From NCBI GenBank assembly GCA_964016885.1, contig OZ024741.1, forward strand, positions 119,102,001-119,166,000: DNA of 64,000 nt. The letters are read 5' to 3'. The notes beneath the pieces are model-generated. The model was not told where the DNA came from, made no database searches, and saw only the letters and a program-made list of their open reading frames with translations. Shown one piece after another: positions 1-13,347 of this stretch; positions within the stretch are counted from its first letter, which is position 1; each line of letters starts with the position of its first letter. The position numbers and the translations under genes were made by a program. Origin of the DNA: Eledone cirrhosa (lineage: Eukaryota).

Positions 1-90
1 TATAATACAAACACGCATATATTTTATACATATATAAATGCATACATATATGTATCTGTATGTATACACGCACGCACACACACGCACACA

Positions 91-226
<136 letters not shown>

Positions 227-610
227 TATTCATTATATATGTAGTTCAATATATGTATATAATGAAATAATGAAACATTTCGTGTTTATTGCGTTCAGCT
301 AACGTCTATTGAAGTCTTCGGCCATATTGATTTGTGGCTTGTTTAGTGGCGTTGCAAGAAATGGCGATGGAAATACTTTGATTAAGTCCGGACGAGGATG
401 TAACGAACAAATATCAACTTACTGATCACATTAAGCGGAGAGAAACTTGAAAGTGTAATAAAAAATCTTTTTTTCTTGTTATTTTTAGTTGTTTTTTTTT
501 ACGAACGTGGATTTATATGAGTATAGAAGTAATGAGAACAACCATAGATGCATGTTCACGTACACTCATACGCACACTCACAGACGCATTCATATATATA
601 TATATATGTA

Positions 611-758
611 TCTCGGGTTCAATCGGGGGTAACCACAGCAAGTAAGGTACTCAATACATAGCAGGGTATAAATATTTAATATAGAAATGGCTTCTACAGG
701 ATTACAACTGTTTCATTCGGAAATCATCAGGAAAGCCCCTGATGATTTCTTCCGAATG
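611..758 (-). mobile_element. PLE pLTR-like remnant with head-to-head hammerhead cores
   Basis: Minus strand 705-731 reads CUGAUGA-UUUCCGAAU-GAAACAGUU, then a tail ending in (TA)n. An inverted plus copy CUGAUGA-UUUCUUCCGAAU-GA (739-759) is cut by a SINE. Confidence 0.6.
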
Positions 759-896
759 ACTGGTACTCTATTTTATCGATCCTGTAAGGATGAAAGGCAA
801 AGTTAACCTCGGCGGCATTTGAACTCAGACCATAAAGGGCCGTAACTCTTTGCTGCAAAGCATGGCGTCCGACCCTCTACCGATACTGCCAATCCA
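759..896 (-). mobile_element. tRNA-derived SINE family A
   Basis: Reverse complement of the GGCAGTATCGGTAGAG head, GTTCAAAT box B-like motif and GCCTTTCATCCTTAC-GG-TCGATAAAATA-AGTACCAG central domain; more than 25 copies in the window. Confidence 0.85.
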
Positions 897-1136
897 AACA
901 CCGTCTATATTTTGTCGTTTAAATGTACGTATACGAATTTTGTCCTCGTCGTACAATTTCATATAAGTTCTACTTCACTTTCGTCTTATAAAATACTCCA
1001 GGACAGTGTTTGTCTATCTTGCCAGACATTATGATCCCGAACTAACCAGCAGTACTGTCGGTAGGGGTCGAAATTGTACGTCCATTTCGACAGCCAATTA
1101 CCATGGGGTTCTTATATCTGTTGCCATACGTACATG

Positions 1137-1183
<47 letters not shown>

Positions 1184-1187
1184 TTAC

Positions 1188-1226
<39 letters not shown>

Positions 1227-1236
1227 CGTGCATGTA

Positions 1237-1317
<81 letters not shown>

Positions 1318-1591
1318 GTGTGTCTGTGTGTGTGTGTGTGTGTACATGTATATATGTATTTAGGGACCTGTAACTCCTGGTGGAGTTGTAGGGGTGTCTT
1401 AGTGACATGCAGCGTGTCTTGGACATTTTAAAAACTTGGCGGACCCATCCTCTACCAGGTTTATTTTCGAGAAGAAGGCAGTGAGAAAGAGATAAGGTAG
1501 AAATGAGAAAGAGATATAGAAGAAGAATCAACTCCAGTTCTGGACTGGTACCTTTTTATCGTCCTCGATATTATTATGAAAAGCAAAGACC

Positions 1592-1795
1592 ATCGAGAAA
1601 GTAGACAGTTATGTGTACCTCGGAAAGAAGGTTGCAAAAGATAGTGCCCTACTTCCAGAGGTCAAAAGAAGGATTGTGCTTGGTTGGGCAGCTTTTTGAA
1701 AAGTTTATAACATCATTAGACGTCCCAAACCAACAATCGAATCCAAAAGAAAACTGTTTAATGAATATGTTCTGCAGGTGATGACATATGAAATG
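1592..1795 (+). pseudogene. RTE-clade LINE reverse transcriptase fragment
   Basis: Translates IEKVDSYVYLGKK...EVKRRIVLGWAAF*KV...KRKLFNEYVLQVMTY, matching the RTE RT domain 7/thumb; one stop codon. Confidence 0.75.
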
Positions 1796-1797
1796 AG

Positions 1798-1904
<107 letters not shown>

Positions 1905-2177
1905 CGTGTGTGTGTGTGTAATTGTATCGGTATATATGTATACCATGGTGTTTAAACGAAACAAGGATGTCAGCAGTTTCAGCTCCCTGTTTCCCCCTCG
2001 CTGTCTTAACATCCGGTAGATCAAATCATATTTTTTCGTACTGTGAATCTCTTAGCACTCTTACTTCCCATAATTTCTCTGCTGTATAATCTCAATAATT
2101 GATATTAATGGTAAATGTAATGTGTCTTTTACGACTAAGAAGACATGTTGTTTATTATATACGGAGCTGACCTCACT

Positions 2178-2323
2178 ATTTTCTGCCCAAATTGTTTCTT
2201 ATACTGAGCAGATCTCATTGTTTTCTGACCAAATTGTTTGTTATACTGAGCAGATCTCATTGTTTTCTGACCAAATTGTTTCTTATACTGAGCAGATCTC
2301 ATTGTTTTCTGACCAAATTGTTT
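2178..2323. repeat. 42-bp minisatellite, about 3.4 copies
   Basis: Unit CCAAATTGTTTCTTATACTGAGCAGATCTCATTGTTTTCTGA; degenerate units continue to ~2830 between SINE insertions. Confidence 0.9.
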
Positions 2324-2324
2324 G

Positions 2325-3147
2325 GATTGGCAGTAGCGTTAGAGCATTGGACATTATGCTTTACGGCATATAGTTACGGCTCTTTATATTCTGAGTTCAA
2401 ATCCCACCGAGGTTAACTTTGCCTTTAATCCTTACGGGGTCGATCAAATAAAGCACCAGTAACGCACTGGGGTCAATTTAATCGACTTTCCCCTTTCCCC
2501 AAAATTGTTGGCTCTGTGCCTAAATCAGAAACTATTATTTCCTGACCAAGAAGTTTGTTATACTTATATTTAGAGGTTGGCAGGTCTGCTATTTCTTAAA
2601 CAAATTGTTTGTTATACTGAGTGTAGAGGGTCGGACGCCATGCTTTGCAGCATTGAGTTCCGTCCCTTTACGGACTGAGTTCAAATCCCACCGAGGTTAA
2701 CTTTGCCTTTCATCCTTACGGGGTCGATAAAATAAAGTACCAGTAATGCACTGGGATAATTGCTGGCCTTGTGCCAATAGAAGAAACAATTATTATCTGA
2801 CCAAACTGTTTGTTATACTGAAGAGACCTGGCTGTAATTTGGTTCAATCATCTCAACACATAACAGTGTAACATTTTATATTAACTAGTGGACTAGTACC
2901 GTCAATAATGTTCAACGTTTGGCACAAGGCCAGCAATTACCCCAGTACATTACTGGTGCTTTATTTTATCGACCCCGTAAGGATGAAAGGCAAAGTTAAC
3001 CTGGCGGGATTTGAACTCAGAACGTAAAGGGCCATAACTATGTGCTGCAAAGCATGGTGTCTGATGCTCTACCGATACTGTACAGCGTCAGACACTATGC
3101 TTTTCAGCATAAAGTTATGGCCCTTTATGTTCTGAGTTCAAATCCCG
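2325..3147. mobile_element. Cluster of SINE A copies: 2325-2537 (+), 2620-2793 (+), 2915-3082 (-), 3083-3147 (+, partial)
   Basis: Matches to the SINE A head, central domain and GCTGGCCTTGTGCC tail. Confidence 0.85.
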
Positions 3148-3622
3148 GACTGTTGAGCGTATTGCATTTATCGAGTCTTTGCTTGGTATAATTCTATACC
3201 AAGGTTGCCGGTTATACCAGGATTGCTGAGATATGAATAATCATAGAAACTGAGAAATTTGCAATTTTATAAATCAATAGTTTGCATCAGAGAAACCTTA
3301 TAGTTTATATTGCTTACCGACACGTATAAGTAATTAAAGATAATTATTTTATCTCGGATATAATTACACAAATGTTCAACATATATGTATAAATGACATT
3401 CAGGATTAACTGTATTGGGTAATTTTGGAGAAATGACAACACATGGGGACAACTGTTGTGTTCAAACCCAAGACTTTGTGAATAGTAAGCGAACTTGTAG
3501 CATGGTGACTGAGATGGAAATGCATTGTGTGAGTGTGTGTATGTGCGTGTATTTGCGCGCGTAAATTTTACACAGTTACACATGGAGATATACATGTATA
3601 AATATACAAACGCACATGGCAG

Positions 3623-3788
3623 ATTGGCAGTATCGGTAGAGGGTCGGACGTCATGCGTTGCAACATAGAGTTACGGCCCTTTATGATCTGAGTTCAAATC
3701 CCGCCGAGGTTAACTTTGCCTTTCATCCTTACGGGGTCGATAAAATAAAGTAATTGCTGGCCTTGTGTCAAAAGTAGAAACAATTGTT
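3623..3788 (+). mobile_element. SINE A
   Basis: Full head, central domain and tail. Confidence 0.85.
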
Positions 3789-4220
3789 ATGATTGATAGT
3801 GACGGCAAAAAGCGTGGATATAGGCCGAACTGTACTTCCATATCTTATACTTCCTAGATAATTTTGAATCATTAATGGCTAATTTGAATATATACCAGCT
3901 GTACTGGACATTTATGCCTCCGAACACTTTAAAGCAGAGGTTATCAAACTTTTGGAGAGTTTACATATCTCTATACCCGCTCTGCACGTCTCCATGCATT
4001 GAGTACTCCCATGATTAGTGGTCTCCTTGGTCTCAGCACTGCATACTCTCTCTCTCTCCATATATATATATATATACACCCACACATATACTACAAAAAA
4101 AAAGAAACAACTGTCAATAGAGGTAAGTCTATATAGTTTGGTGACCTTTAACCTGGAAACTATAACACCAATACAATGGTCTTTACAAGGCGCACACACA
4201 CACACGCGCGCACACACACG

Positions 4221-4257
<37 letters not shown>

Positions 4258-4685
4258 ATATTTATGATAATATTTATTGATTTCTTCTATTGACACAAAG
4301 CGATACATTTAGTATAGTCGATTAAAAAGACAGCAATGCATGCTTGCTACTTACTTTATTGATCTCTGGGATAATAAATGCAATCGATTGAATAGGCTAC
4401 AATATAATATTAGTACTTACATACCAGAAGATCGAAAGTAATGTTGACCAGGGATATAATGAAGAAGCCGTCTATTGACCAGCATGAAAGAAGAGCCAAA
4501 TCTCCCTCTAAACACACCCAGTGTCGACACTTCCATTAGGCTAGATAGACAGATGTCTAGAGCGCATTCCTTATATACAAATTTGTATAATTTTTGTATG
4601 TATGTACCTGCAAATCCTAATGGATAGTTGGGGCGCTGTAGTGACATACAGCGTATCTTGGGCAATTAAAAGAAAACCTGATGGA

Positions 4686-4748
<63 letters not shown>

Positions 4749-5405
4749 GGCTCTACGTTTGTTTGTGTAAAGTAATTTAAGGAAAGGTCTGATTAAACGG
4801 TAGTGGCGCCCCCAAGACGATTTAAATGGGGGGGGGGGGTAGACCCCATTACTGGATTACCGGAGTGGTACGTTTGTATCGCCCTCGAAATGATGAAAGG
4901 CAAAGTTGAACTCGGCAGTTTTTGAACTCAGGGTGTAGAGAGCCCGGAACGAATAATGCAAAGCATTCTATCCGACCTTTTTTTTTTGTTTTTTGTTTTT
5001 CTATAATTAGATTAAATATGTCATTTCTTGTGATCAATAAATTAATTGCTAAACATTTTTGTCGCGTGGCATTGTTGAAAAGCTAAATAGTTATTTATTG
5101 ACGATATTACACAGGGATACCAGCTGGTTTCATGCCAGAATCACATTTTAACGAAGATTATATAATCATCACTAGCCGGCATTTCGTCAGACCTTAATAT
5201 ACTGATCAATAGATTGCGAGAAATTGCGAGAAATTGTACCGTATCTGTGAGCAGGGGTAGATTTACACTCGAATTGAATTAATTTAGATGTCTCCATCTT
5301 ATTGGCAATTTCCCCGTTCGTTTTAATGTCTCCATTTCTGTCTGCCATTGTTCTCGTTTTTCTTTATCTTCTTTTTCTCCTTTGTGCTATTTTCTCAAGT
5401 ATATA

Positions 5406-5527
<122 letters not shown>

Positions 5528-5529
5528 TA

Positions 5530-5745
5530 TACATACAATATAATACAATAGTAATATTGCTCAGACAAAATGTATCTAAAACCATGCGTAGATATATAGA
5601 TATATATATCGCTATTTACCTACCATCTTGATGGAGGTTCATTGCTTAATTTCCCGCTTTCCTTGTTCTTTTATATCTATACATCTACGCATGGTTTTAG
5701 ATACATTTTGTCTGAGCAATATTACTATTGTATTATATTGTATGT
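5530..5745. repeat. Inverted-repeat element (~75-bp arms) embedded in (TA)n
   Basis: ATACAATATAATACAATAGTAATATTGCTCAGACAAAATGTATCTAAAACCATGCGTAGAT and its reverse complement at ~5680-5745. Confidence 0.8.
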
Positions 5746-5770
5746 ATGTGTATATATATATATATATATA

Positions 5771-6224
5771 GGGCAAAGGAGCTCTTAAGAGTCAATGGCC
5801 ATCCAAAATCACCGGGAGAAATGACCCCCTTAGCCTTTGTCAAGGCAGAATTCTAGGAGAAGGAAAACTCTGATATAACACCTGCAACCCTGATGGTATC
5901 CAATGATGTTGACTTGTTCTTCTTTTTTGGTAAATATCATCTTGGTTAAGAGAGTGGGACTGGCTTTGTGCAGTGCCTTTGCTCACTATAAAAGCTTCAC
6001 GGCACAAGCATTGCTTTATATCTGGAGATCTCTCTGCCCTTGTCGTCACATGGTACCATGGGCCCAGCACTATGTGTCAATAATTGTCACAAGTGTAGTG
6101 TTTGTACCAGAGCTTTCAAGTCGCTGGCTGGACTAAAAAGTCACACTCGTTCAGCGCATCGGTAGGGGTTCTCCTACATGGATATAAAGTAGTGGCCGTA
6201 CTCGAAAACGAGTTGGCAGTCACC
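5771..6224 (+). mobile_element. Non-autonomous RTE-derived element, 5'-truncated
   Basis: Near-identical to 8233-8792 and 17324-17933. Bases 6094-6165 encode [23 protein letters not shown] (C2H2-like ORF end); ends in (AT)n. Confidence 0.75.
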
Positions 6225-6271
6225 ATATATATATATATATATACATACAAACACATGGTAGGTAAATAGCG

Positions 6272-6376
<105 letters not shown>

Positions 6377-6388
6377 GGGGGGGGGAAT

Positions 6389-6562
6389 AGTCAGGACCCC
6401 AACGGGTGAGCTTCGGCCGTTTAGAAACCGAGTTTAGACCTGGCTGTCGAAACGGCCGGAGCTCAGCCGTCGGGGTCCTGACTCTTTTCCTATTACCCAC
6501 TCTACTACCCTAAGTATCGAGTACTCTGGTGCGTTATGGTCCACCTGGTTCTTTACTACATA
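6389..6562 (+). mobile_element. PLE-like tail with inverted 5' end and 3' half of an HHR
   Basis: Hairpin 6389-6483; GAAACGGC...GCCGUC at 6449-6471; same family as 25013-25203. Confidence 0.65.
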
Positions 6563-6924
6563 ATTATATATATGTGTGTGTGTGTGCGTGTATATACATA
6601 CAGATACTTGTGTATATACATACACTTACTCGTGTTTATGTGTGGGTATATGGGTATATGCGTGTGTGTTTGTGCGTCTATGTATTTATGTATGTTGTAT
6701 ATTAACAGGAGACAGTAAAGACAAGGTCCATTGATTACGTTGCACTCGTTAACTTGAGCTAATTCAATAAACGCCGCCGTTCTATAGAGGAAGATAAATC
6801 TCGACCATACCCTTTGCTTCTGTTTTCAAGCTTCACTGTCCCTTTCTACCATTTGATTATATATGTATGTTTGTGTGTGTATGCCTGTGAGTGTGCGTGC
6901 GCGTGCGTGTGTGTATGCATGTGA

Positions 6925-7033
<109 letters not shown>

Positions 7034-7034
7034 A

Positions 7035-7091
7035 TAAATGTAAGTATGTATGTATACGTACATACATATATGTATACAGACGTACAGTAGC

Positions 7092-7168
<77 letters not shown>

Positions 7169-7649
7169 TATATACATATATACATACAGGCACACATATA
7201 TATATGTACGCATCAGTTTACCGAACATTTATTATAATGTTCGCTTTGTTCGTTTGTAAACAAACGGACAGCCTGATTTACGCCGTACAGTGTTCAGGCA
7301 ACCACGTCACCTTTTTGCTCCACACTGACACATTTATCGTTTTCGGTGCGTCTGGCCGACTGAACTCACTCAATATGCAAATTAGGCTGCTCAGCCGTTA
7401 ATTTTCATAAGGAAAGTATATACTTTCGAACGTTCAACCATCTGGCAGAAAGGTATACGGTGCTGACGATAGCTAACAAGCTTGAAACTAGTACATCGTT
7501 CCTGTGTCAGTGTTGAGCAAAAAGGTGACGTTGTTGCCTGAACACTGTACGGCGTAAATCAGGCTGTTCAGTTTGTTTACAAACGAACAAAGCGAACATT
7601 ATAATAAATGTTCGGTAAACTGATGCGTACATATATATATGTGTGCCTG

Positions 7650-7688
<39 letters not shown>

Positions 7689-7745
7689 GCTACTGTACGT
7701 CTGTATACATATATGTATGTACGTATACATACATACTTACATTTA
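7035..7745 (+). mobile_element. Non-coding PLE-like element with long inverted arms and central HHR
   Basis: Arms ~7035-7332 and ~7503-7745 are reverse complements, including internal microsatellites. Confidence 0.8.
7458..7498 (+). ncRNA. Minimal type I hammerhead ribozyme
   Basis: CGGUG-CUGACGA-U AGCU AACA AGCU U-GAA-ACUAGU-A-CAUCG: stem I 5 bp, stem II 4 bp, palindromic stem III, GUA cleavage triplet. Confidence 0.85.
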
Positions 7746-7968
7746 AGTAAGTGTCGTACTAAGAGTGAGAAATGAAATTTCGTTTCATTCTATTCCATTT
7801 AATATATAATATATATATGTATATATACATATGTATGTTTAGATAACTATCTATGTAAGTGTGTTATGTATATCTATACACACTCACACATATATATGTA
7901 TATATGTACGTGTATATATAAATGTGTGTGTATATATATATATATGTGTGTGTGTGTAAACGTATATA

Positions 7969-7999
<31 letters not shown>

Positions 8000-8172
8000 T
8001 GTGTGTGTGTGTGTATGTACATGTATATATATGTGTGTATATGTATATAAATAAAATTATATACATGTATATATGTACATATATATATATATGTGTGTAT
8101 TTCTGTGTCTATGTATGTATATATATATATATATGTATATTTATATATACGTATATATGTGTGTATATATAT

Positions 8173-8232
<60 letters not shown>

Positions 8233-8234
<2 letters not shown>

Positions 8235-8792
8235 TGACTGCCAACTCGTTTTCGAGTACAACCACTACTTTATATCCATGTAGGAGAACCCCTACCGATG
8301 CGCTGAACGAGTGTGACTTTATAGTCCAGCCAGCGACGTGAAAACTCTGGTACAAACACTACACTTGAGACAATTATTGACACATAGTGCTGGGTCCATG
8401 GTACCATGTGACGACAAGTGCAGAGAGATCTCCAGATATAAAGCAATGCTTGTGCCGTGAAGCTTTTATAGTGAGCAAAGGCACTGCACAAAGCCAGTCC
8501 CACTCTCTTAACCAAGATGATATTTACCAAAAAGAAGAACAAGTCAACATCATTGGATACCATCAGGGTTGCAGGTGTTATATCAGAGTTTTCCTTCTCC
8601 TAGAATTCTGCCTTGACAAAGGCTAAGGGGTCATCTCTCCCGGTGATTTTGGATGGCCATTGACTCTTAAGAGCTCCTTTGCCCTTTGACAGGTTTTGTT
8701 TTTAGTCCAGCACTATGTCCAAAGTCACCCTCCTCACCAAGAAACCTTGGTGGGGTTGCCAGTTTAGTCGCCAACGACCCGACCATGAGACA
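8233..8792 (-). mobile_element. Non-autonomous RTE-derived element
   Basis: Reverse-complement match to 5771-6224, plus an extra 5' segment (GGCGACTAAACTGGCAACCCCACC). Confidence 0.75.
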
Positions 8793-8805
8793 TATGTGTG
8801 TATAT

Positions 8806-8908
<103 letters not shown>

Positions 8909-9501
8909 CATATATATACACACATATATAAGTACATATAAATATATATATATGTCACTCGCTCTGTCAGTCACTCACTCTCACTCTTTCTTTCTTTCTC
9001 TCTCTCTCTCTCACTCTTACTCTCTCTTCTCTTCTCTCTAGCCGCCACATTTTCTTCTCGATCGCCTATTGTGTTACTCTTACTGAGTATTTTGATATGT
9101 CAATATATGTACACCTCATCAATATCTATGATATATAGCTAATTAATACTTAATGTCCTGTGCCGCGTGAAACCACATTAGCAAAACATTCTTTAGAAGT
9201 ACTAAACAACATTACGCCCGCATTAAATATTGAAGTTTTCACTCTAATTCAGATACTAGAAACATTTGAATTAACAAGCCACATTAAACCACAGTAGCAA
9301 GACATTCTTGAAAACTATAAAACGGCAATGTGACTGCATCACATTAACAATTAAAGACTACTTTAATACTGGACATTTACTTATCGATTTGTCCAGTAGT
9401 AACCATACTATAAACATTTGAATCAATACAGTCACTTTTAAAAAAGATATTTCCAGCTAAATCATAACAAGGTGTTAAGAGTTAGTATTAAGTCAAATAT
9501 A

Positions 9502-9668
9502 CCGTATTTCCCGACGCCGAAAACGCTTCGTCCTCGAGGACGCACCCTAATTTTGACAACCGAAAATTAAAAAAAAAATAATAAACAACTTTTGCCTCCA
9601 GGACGCATGGTAGATTTTTTAGACTTATTTTAGGAAAAAAGTAGCGTCTTCGACGCCGGGAAATACTG
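9502..9668. mobile_element. Tc1/mariner-superfamily (Tc2/pogo-like) MITE
   Basis: TIRs CCGTATTTCCCGACGCCGAAAACGC / GCGTCTTCGACGCCGGGAAATACTG, flanked by TA on both sides. Confidence 0.75.
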
Positions 9669-10696
9669 TATGTAACATAGCATGAACGGTGTCATGTCTG
9701 AGCGGTGAACTTTGCAATCACGAATCACGAGGTCTCGCGTTCGAACCCATTGCATGGCATCTTGTGCAAGTGTTTACTACCATTACCTCAGGTCGAGGCA
9801 ACCGTTCTAAGTGGAATTGTGTTAACATATATAACATGTATACTGGCATGACAGAGAAAATTAGCCACGCTATAACGAGATCCCAAATTTGAAACCTGGT
9901 ATGTCATGTGGCATAGACCCGTAACTCATGAGGAAGTCATAGGGGCGTCATATTGGTATTCATCATTTCTTGGGGAATTTTTAAACTTGGCAGAACCCAT
10001 TCCCTCTCCAAGCAGATGTCTCCCTGAGAAGAATAGAGAGATATGGAGGAAGAATCGACCCCAGTACTAGACTAGTACTTTTTTTATCGACCTTGAATGG
10101 ATGAAAGGCAAAGATGACCTCGGCAGTATTGACACTCAGAGAGCCGGAAGAAATACCTGAAATTACTCCTATCCGACGGTCTAACGACTCTACCAATTCG
10201 CTGCTTGGTATGTAATATAGAAACTACTTAGTGCTTCTCTCTCTTCCTCTCTCATCTTTCCCCTCTCTCACTTCCCTCCTCTATCACCATCCCTCTCTCA
10301 CACCCATGCCATCCTCCCTCTGTCTATCTATCTTCTCCACTATCCCTCATCTCTCTACCCCCCCCCCCAGCTTAATCTTCATGCCCCCTCTCCTTCCTGG
10401 TTAGGTCACCATGACCACCAATATAATATGAAATAATTTGCCATGTGTCTAGAAACTTCCTCTGTTTGTTCCGTTAGCTATTATGAAGCTTCAGCCCTGG
10501 AGAATACTTTTGTTTAAAATTTACATCTTGTTTACTTCAGCTTCGACTGTAAACAAGTCAAACAAATGTTCATCTTATAGTCAGTTGTTCTTCGTACTAG
10601 ATACTAGACACCTCTATCGCTCGACATGCAAGAAATAATAGCCAAATTTCCCTCAAATCCCACACCTGATATCTTATTATTTTGGCTACTTCAGAA

Positions 10697-11080
10697 GGCG
10701 GTGTATTAGCAATATCGATAGCGCGTGGGATAACATTCTTTGTGGCATAGAGTTACGACCCTTTACGTTCTGATTTGAAATCCCGTCGAGATTAGCTTTG
10801 CCTTTCATCCTTACGTGGTCGATAAAATAAAGCACCAGTAACGAACTGGGGTCGATTTAATCGACTTTCCCCTCCCCCAAAATTGCTGGCCTTGTGCCTA
10901 TAGTAGAAATCATTATTATTAATGGATTGGCAGTATCGGTAGAACGTCGGACAACATGCATCGTGGCATACAGTTACGGCCCTTAACGTTCTGAGTTCTT
11001 ATTATACCAAATTAGCTTTGCCTTTCATCCTTACGATGTTGATAAAATAAAGTACCAGTAATGCCCTGGGGTCGATTTAA
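10697..11080 (+). mobile_element. Two tandem SINE A copies
   Basis: Heads at ~10697 and ~10923, each followed by the central domain. Confidence 0.8.
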
Positions 11081-11859
11081 TCACACACCCCCCTCTCACT
11101 CTCTCACACACACACACTTCAAACTGTTAGCTTTCAAATTTCATCCACAAACAAATTTGAGCAAATTTTCATCTTGCTCTTCTTACAAAATACTACGTAG
11201 ATACCAAATAGTCATACCGCTAGAAATAGCAGTCAAATCCCGCTCAAATCACCATCCTGGTATTTGTTTATTCTAAATTCGACCGTAAACAAACCTTAAC
11301 TTATGCTCATCTTGTCGGTGGCTCTTCCTACCAGATACTAAACAATCATACTATAATAAGTTAGGCAGTTAGAGTGACCTGCTAGAAATAGCAGCCAAAT
11401 CTCCCTTAATTTACATACCTTCTGCTACTGTCTTAACTTTTTTAATCCCAAACCACATGGAACTGCCCCTAGTTCTACAATGTCTTATTTTAAAGTGTTT
11501 ATATTTAATCTATAATTCAATGTAAGAACCCTTAGCTTACTCTCCTAATACCAGCTTAATAATGAAAAGGCTAGTTCATCTTGTAGACGTTTACTCTTCT
11601 TTCCAGATACCAGATACCAGATCCCACAATAGATCGACCTGCAAAAAATAGCAACTAGATTACGATTATTTTCAAAATTATTTGAAAATCAATATGGTAA
11701 TGAATGGGTTCAATCTATTGAAGGCCATCTGTCGGTTTTGACGATGAGTGTTCCTGTTGTTCGATCAACGGAACATGTAAGTGGCTGACCATTCCAACTG
11801 ACGCGTGTTACCATAACATAATTCTCAAGGAGATTCAGTGTTTGGAAAGGTTGACCATT

Positions 11860-12042
11860 TGAATTACAGAGACAGTCCATCTGACGGGCTTCCAAACAGT
11901 TTCCGTCTACTCAATTTGACTCCCAAATCTTGGGGGTCAAACCGAGACTGTGTTAAATGGTATTTACCCTTGATGCCTCGTAGTGGAGATCGAACCTGGG
12001 ATCCAATGATTGGGAAGCGAATCTCTAAACCATTCGGTCATG
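11860..12042 (-). mobile_element. Older tRNA-derived SINE family D
   Basis: Similar to 24165-24360, 27110-27290 and 52040-52180 (GGGCTTCCAAACAGTTTCCGTCTA...GATCGAACC). Confidence 0.6.
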
Positions 12043-13347
12043 TTGAGTACACAAATGAAAAGGTTAATGCAAAGAGGACACAGTAGACTTTTTCCTACCA
12101 AGGACGTCTTTCTTATTTAAATGAATTTTTCCACGGAGCCCAGACTTTCGGAAGCTGTCTACTTAACTGATTATATTAACTCACAACAAATTTGTTTTCT
12201 CAGTTTCGTCTCTTAACTGAAAGATATATGTAACCGAATATTCAGTTAAACAAGTGGCAGTATTAAACAAAAAACTTACTTATTTAATGAAATGGTTGGT
12301 ACTGTTTTGTTGATAGAAAGTTCTAGATTTCAGCTTGAATAACAGACAGTTTGAAGCGTAGATCAGGTTCTTAAAAATATCTAAAAATATTGGACCATTT
12401 CTGTAGATTTGGAATTTGGAAACGAATTTTTAAAGTCTATTTTTATCAGCCTTATCGTTAGTACTTTACACATTTTACATTGCAGCCTCACGAAATTTTG
12501 AACTTAGCTTACCGACCCCCCAGGGTTTGGTGGACCACAGGCTGTGAGCCGCTGCATTTGATAATAAATGTAGTCTTAAATTCTTTATAAAATGGTAGGG
12601 CTGTCATAGCTGGAATACCTTCGATCAAAGGTTTTCTTGATAAGAGCTGACCTACGACCAAACAACTTCAACGAAACAGTAGGCTGTTGTTGCTGTTGTT
12701 GACCAGTTTTAGACCAACCCTGATCGAGCAAATTTAATTTTCAAATACTTTCTAACCATGGCCATCCTGTCTTTTAGGGGTTACGTAAGAATACATTATA
12801 TAATGTGTTAATTCTTGTCTGAGTTGTTTTGGAGAATGAATGGTTGCGATTCGTATCAAGTGAACGACCATAAAGTGGTTCACGCGTTTGTTCGAAATAT
12901 GATAGCTAGGAAGGTAGGTAATGATAAAATTAGGAAAATTAACAAAAAGACAATGACTGAAGGGGAAACTTAAAACATTCTTTTTTTTTTAAAATAAAAA
13001 GACAAACGAAATGCACAGAATTCCAAGGTCTTCAGCCGTCTAGATGGACTTTCGCAGTTTCGACCTCTAACGACGGTACTGCTGGTCCACCCGAGGTCGT
13101 TCTTGTTAACTTACTTATGTTTTCTTTCTTTCCTTCTCCCTTTCGTTTGGCTTTCTTTCCTTCCTTCCTTTCTTTTTTTTCAATATATATTCTTTTCCTG
13201 TTTCCTCTCATTAGACTGCAGCCATGCCGGGGCACCGCACACAACGATCTTTGTTGGTCATATCGTCTATATCATTATTACTCAAAGTATCATAGGTAGA
13301 GCCATCACATTTCGGTTCTTTGCGTTCTGAGTTCAATTCCCGCAGTC

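Noticed and set aside
2178-2323. CRISPR-like array
   Set aside because: Contiguous tandem units without unique spacers; eukaryotic context.
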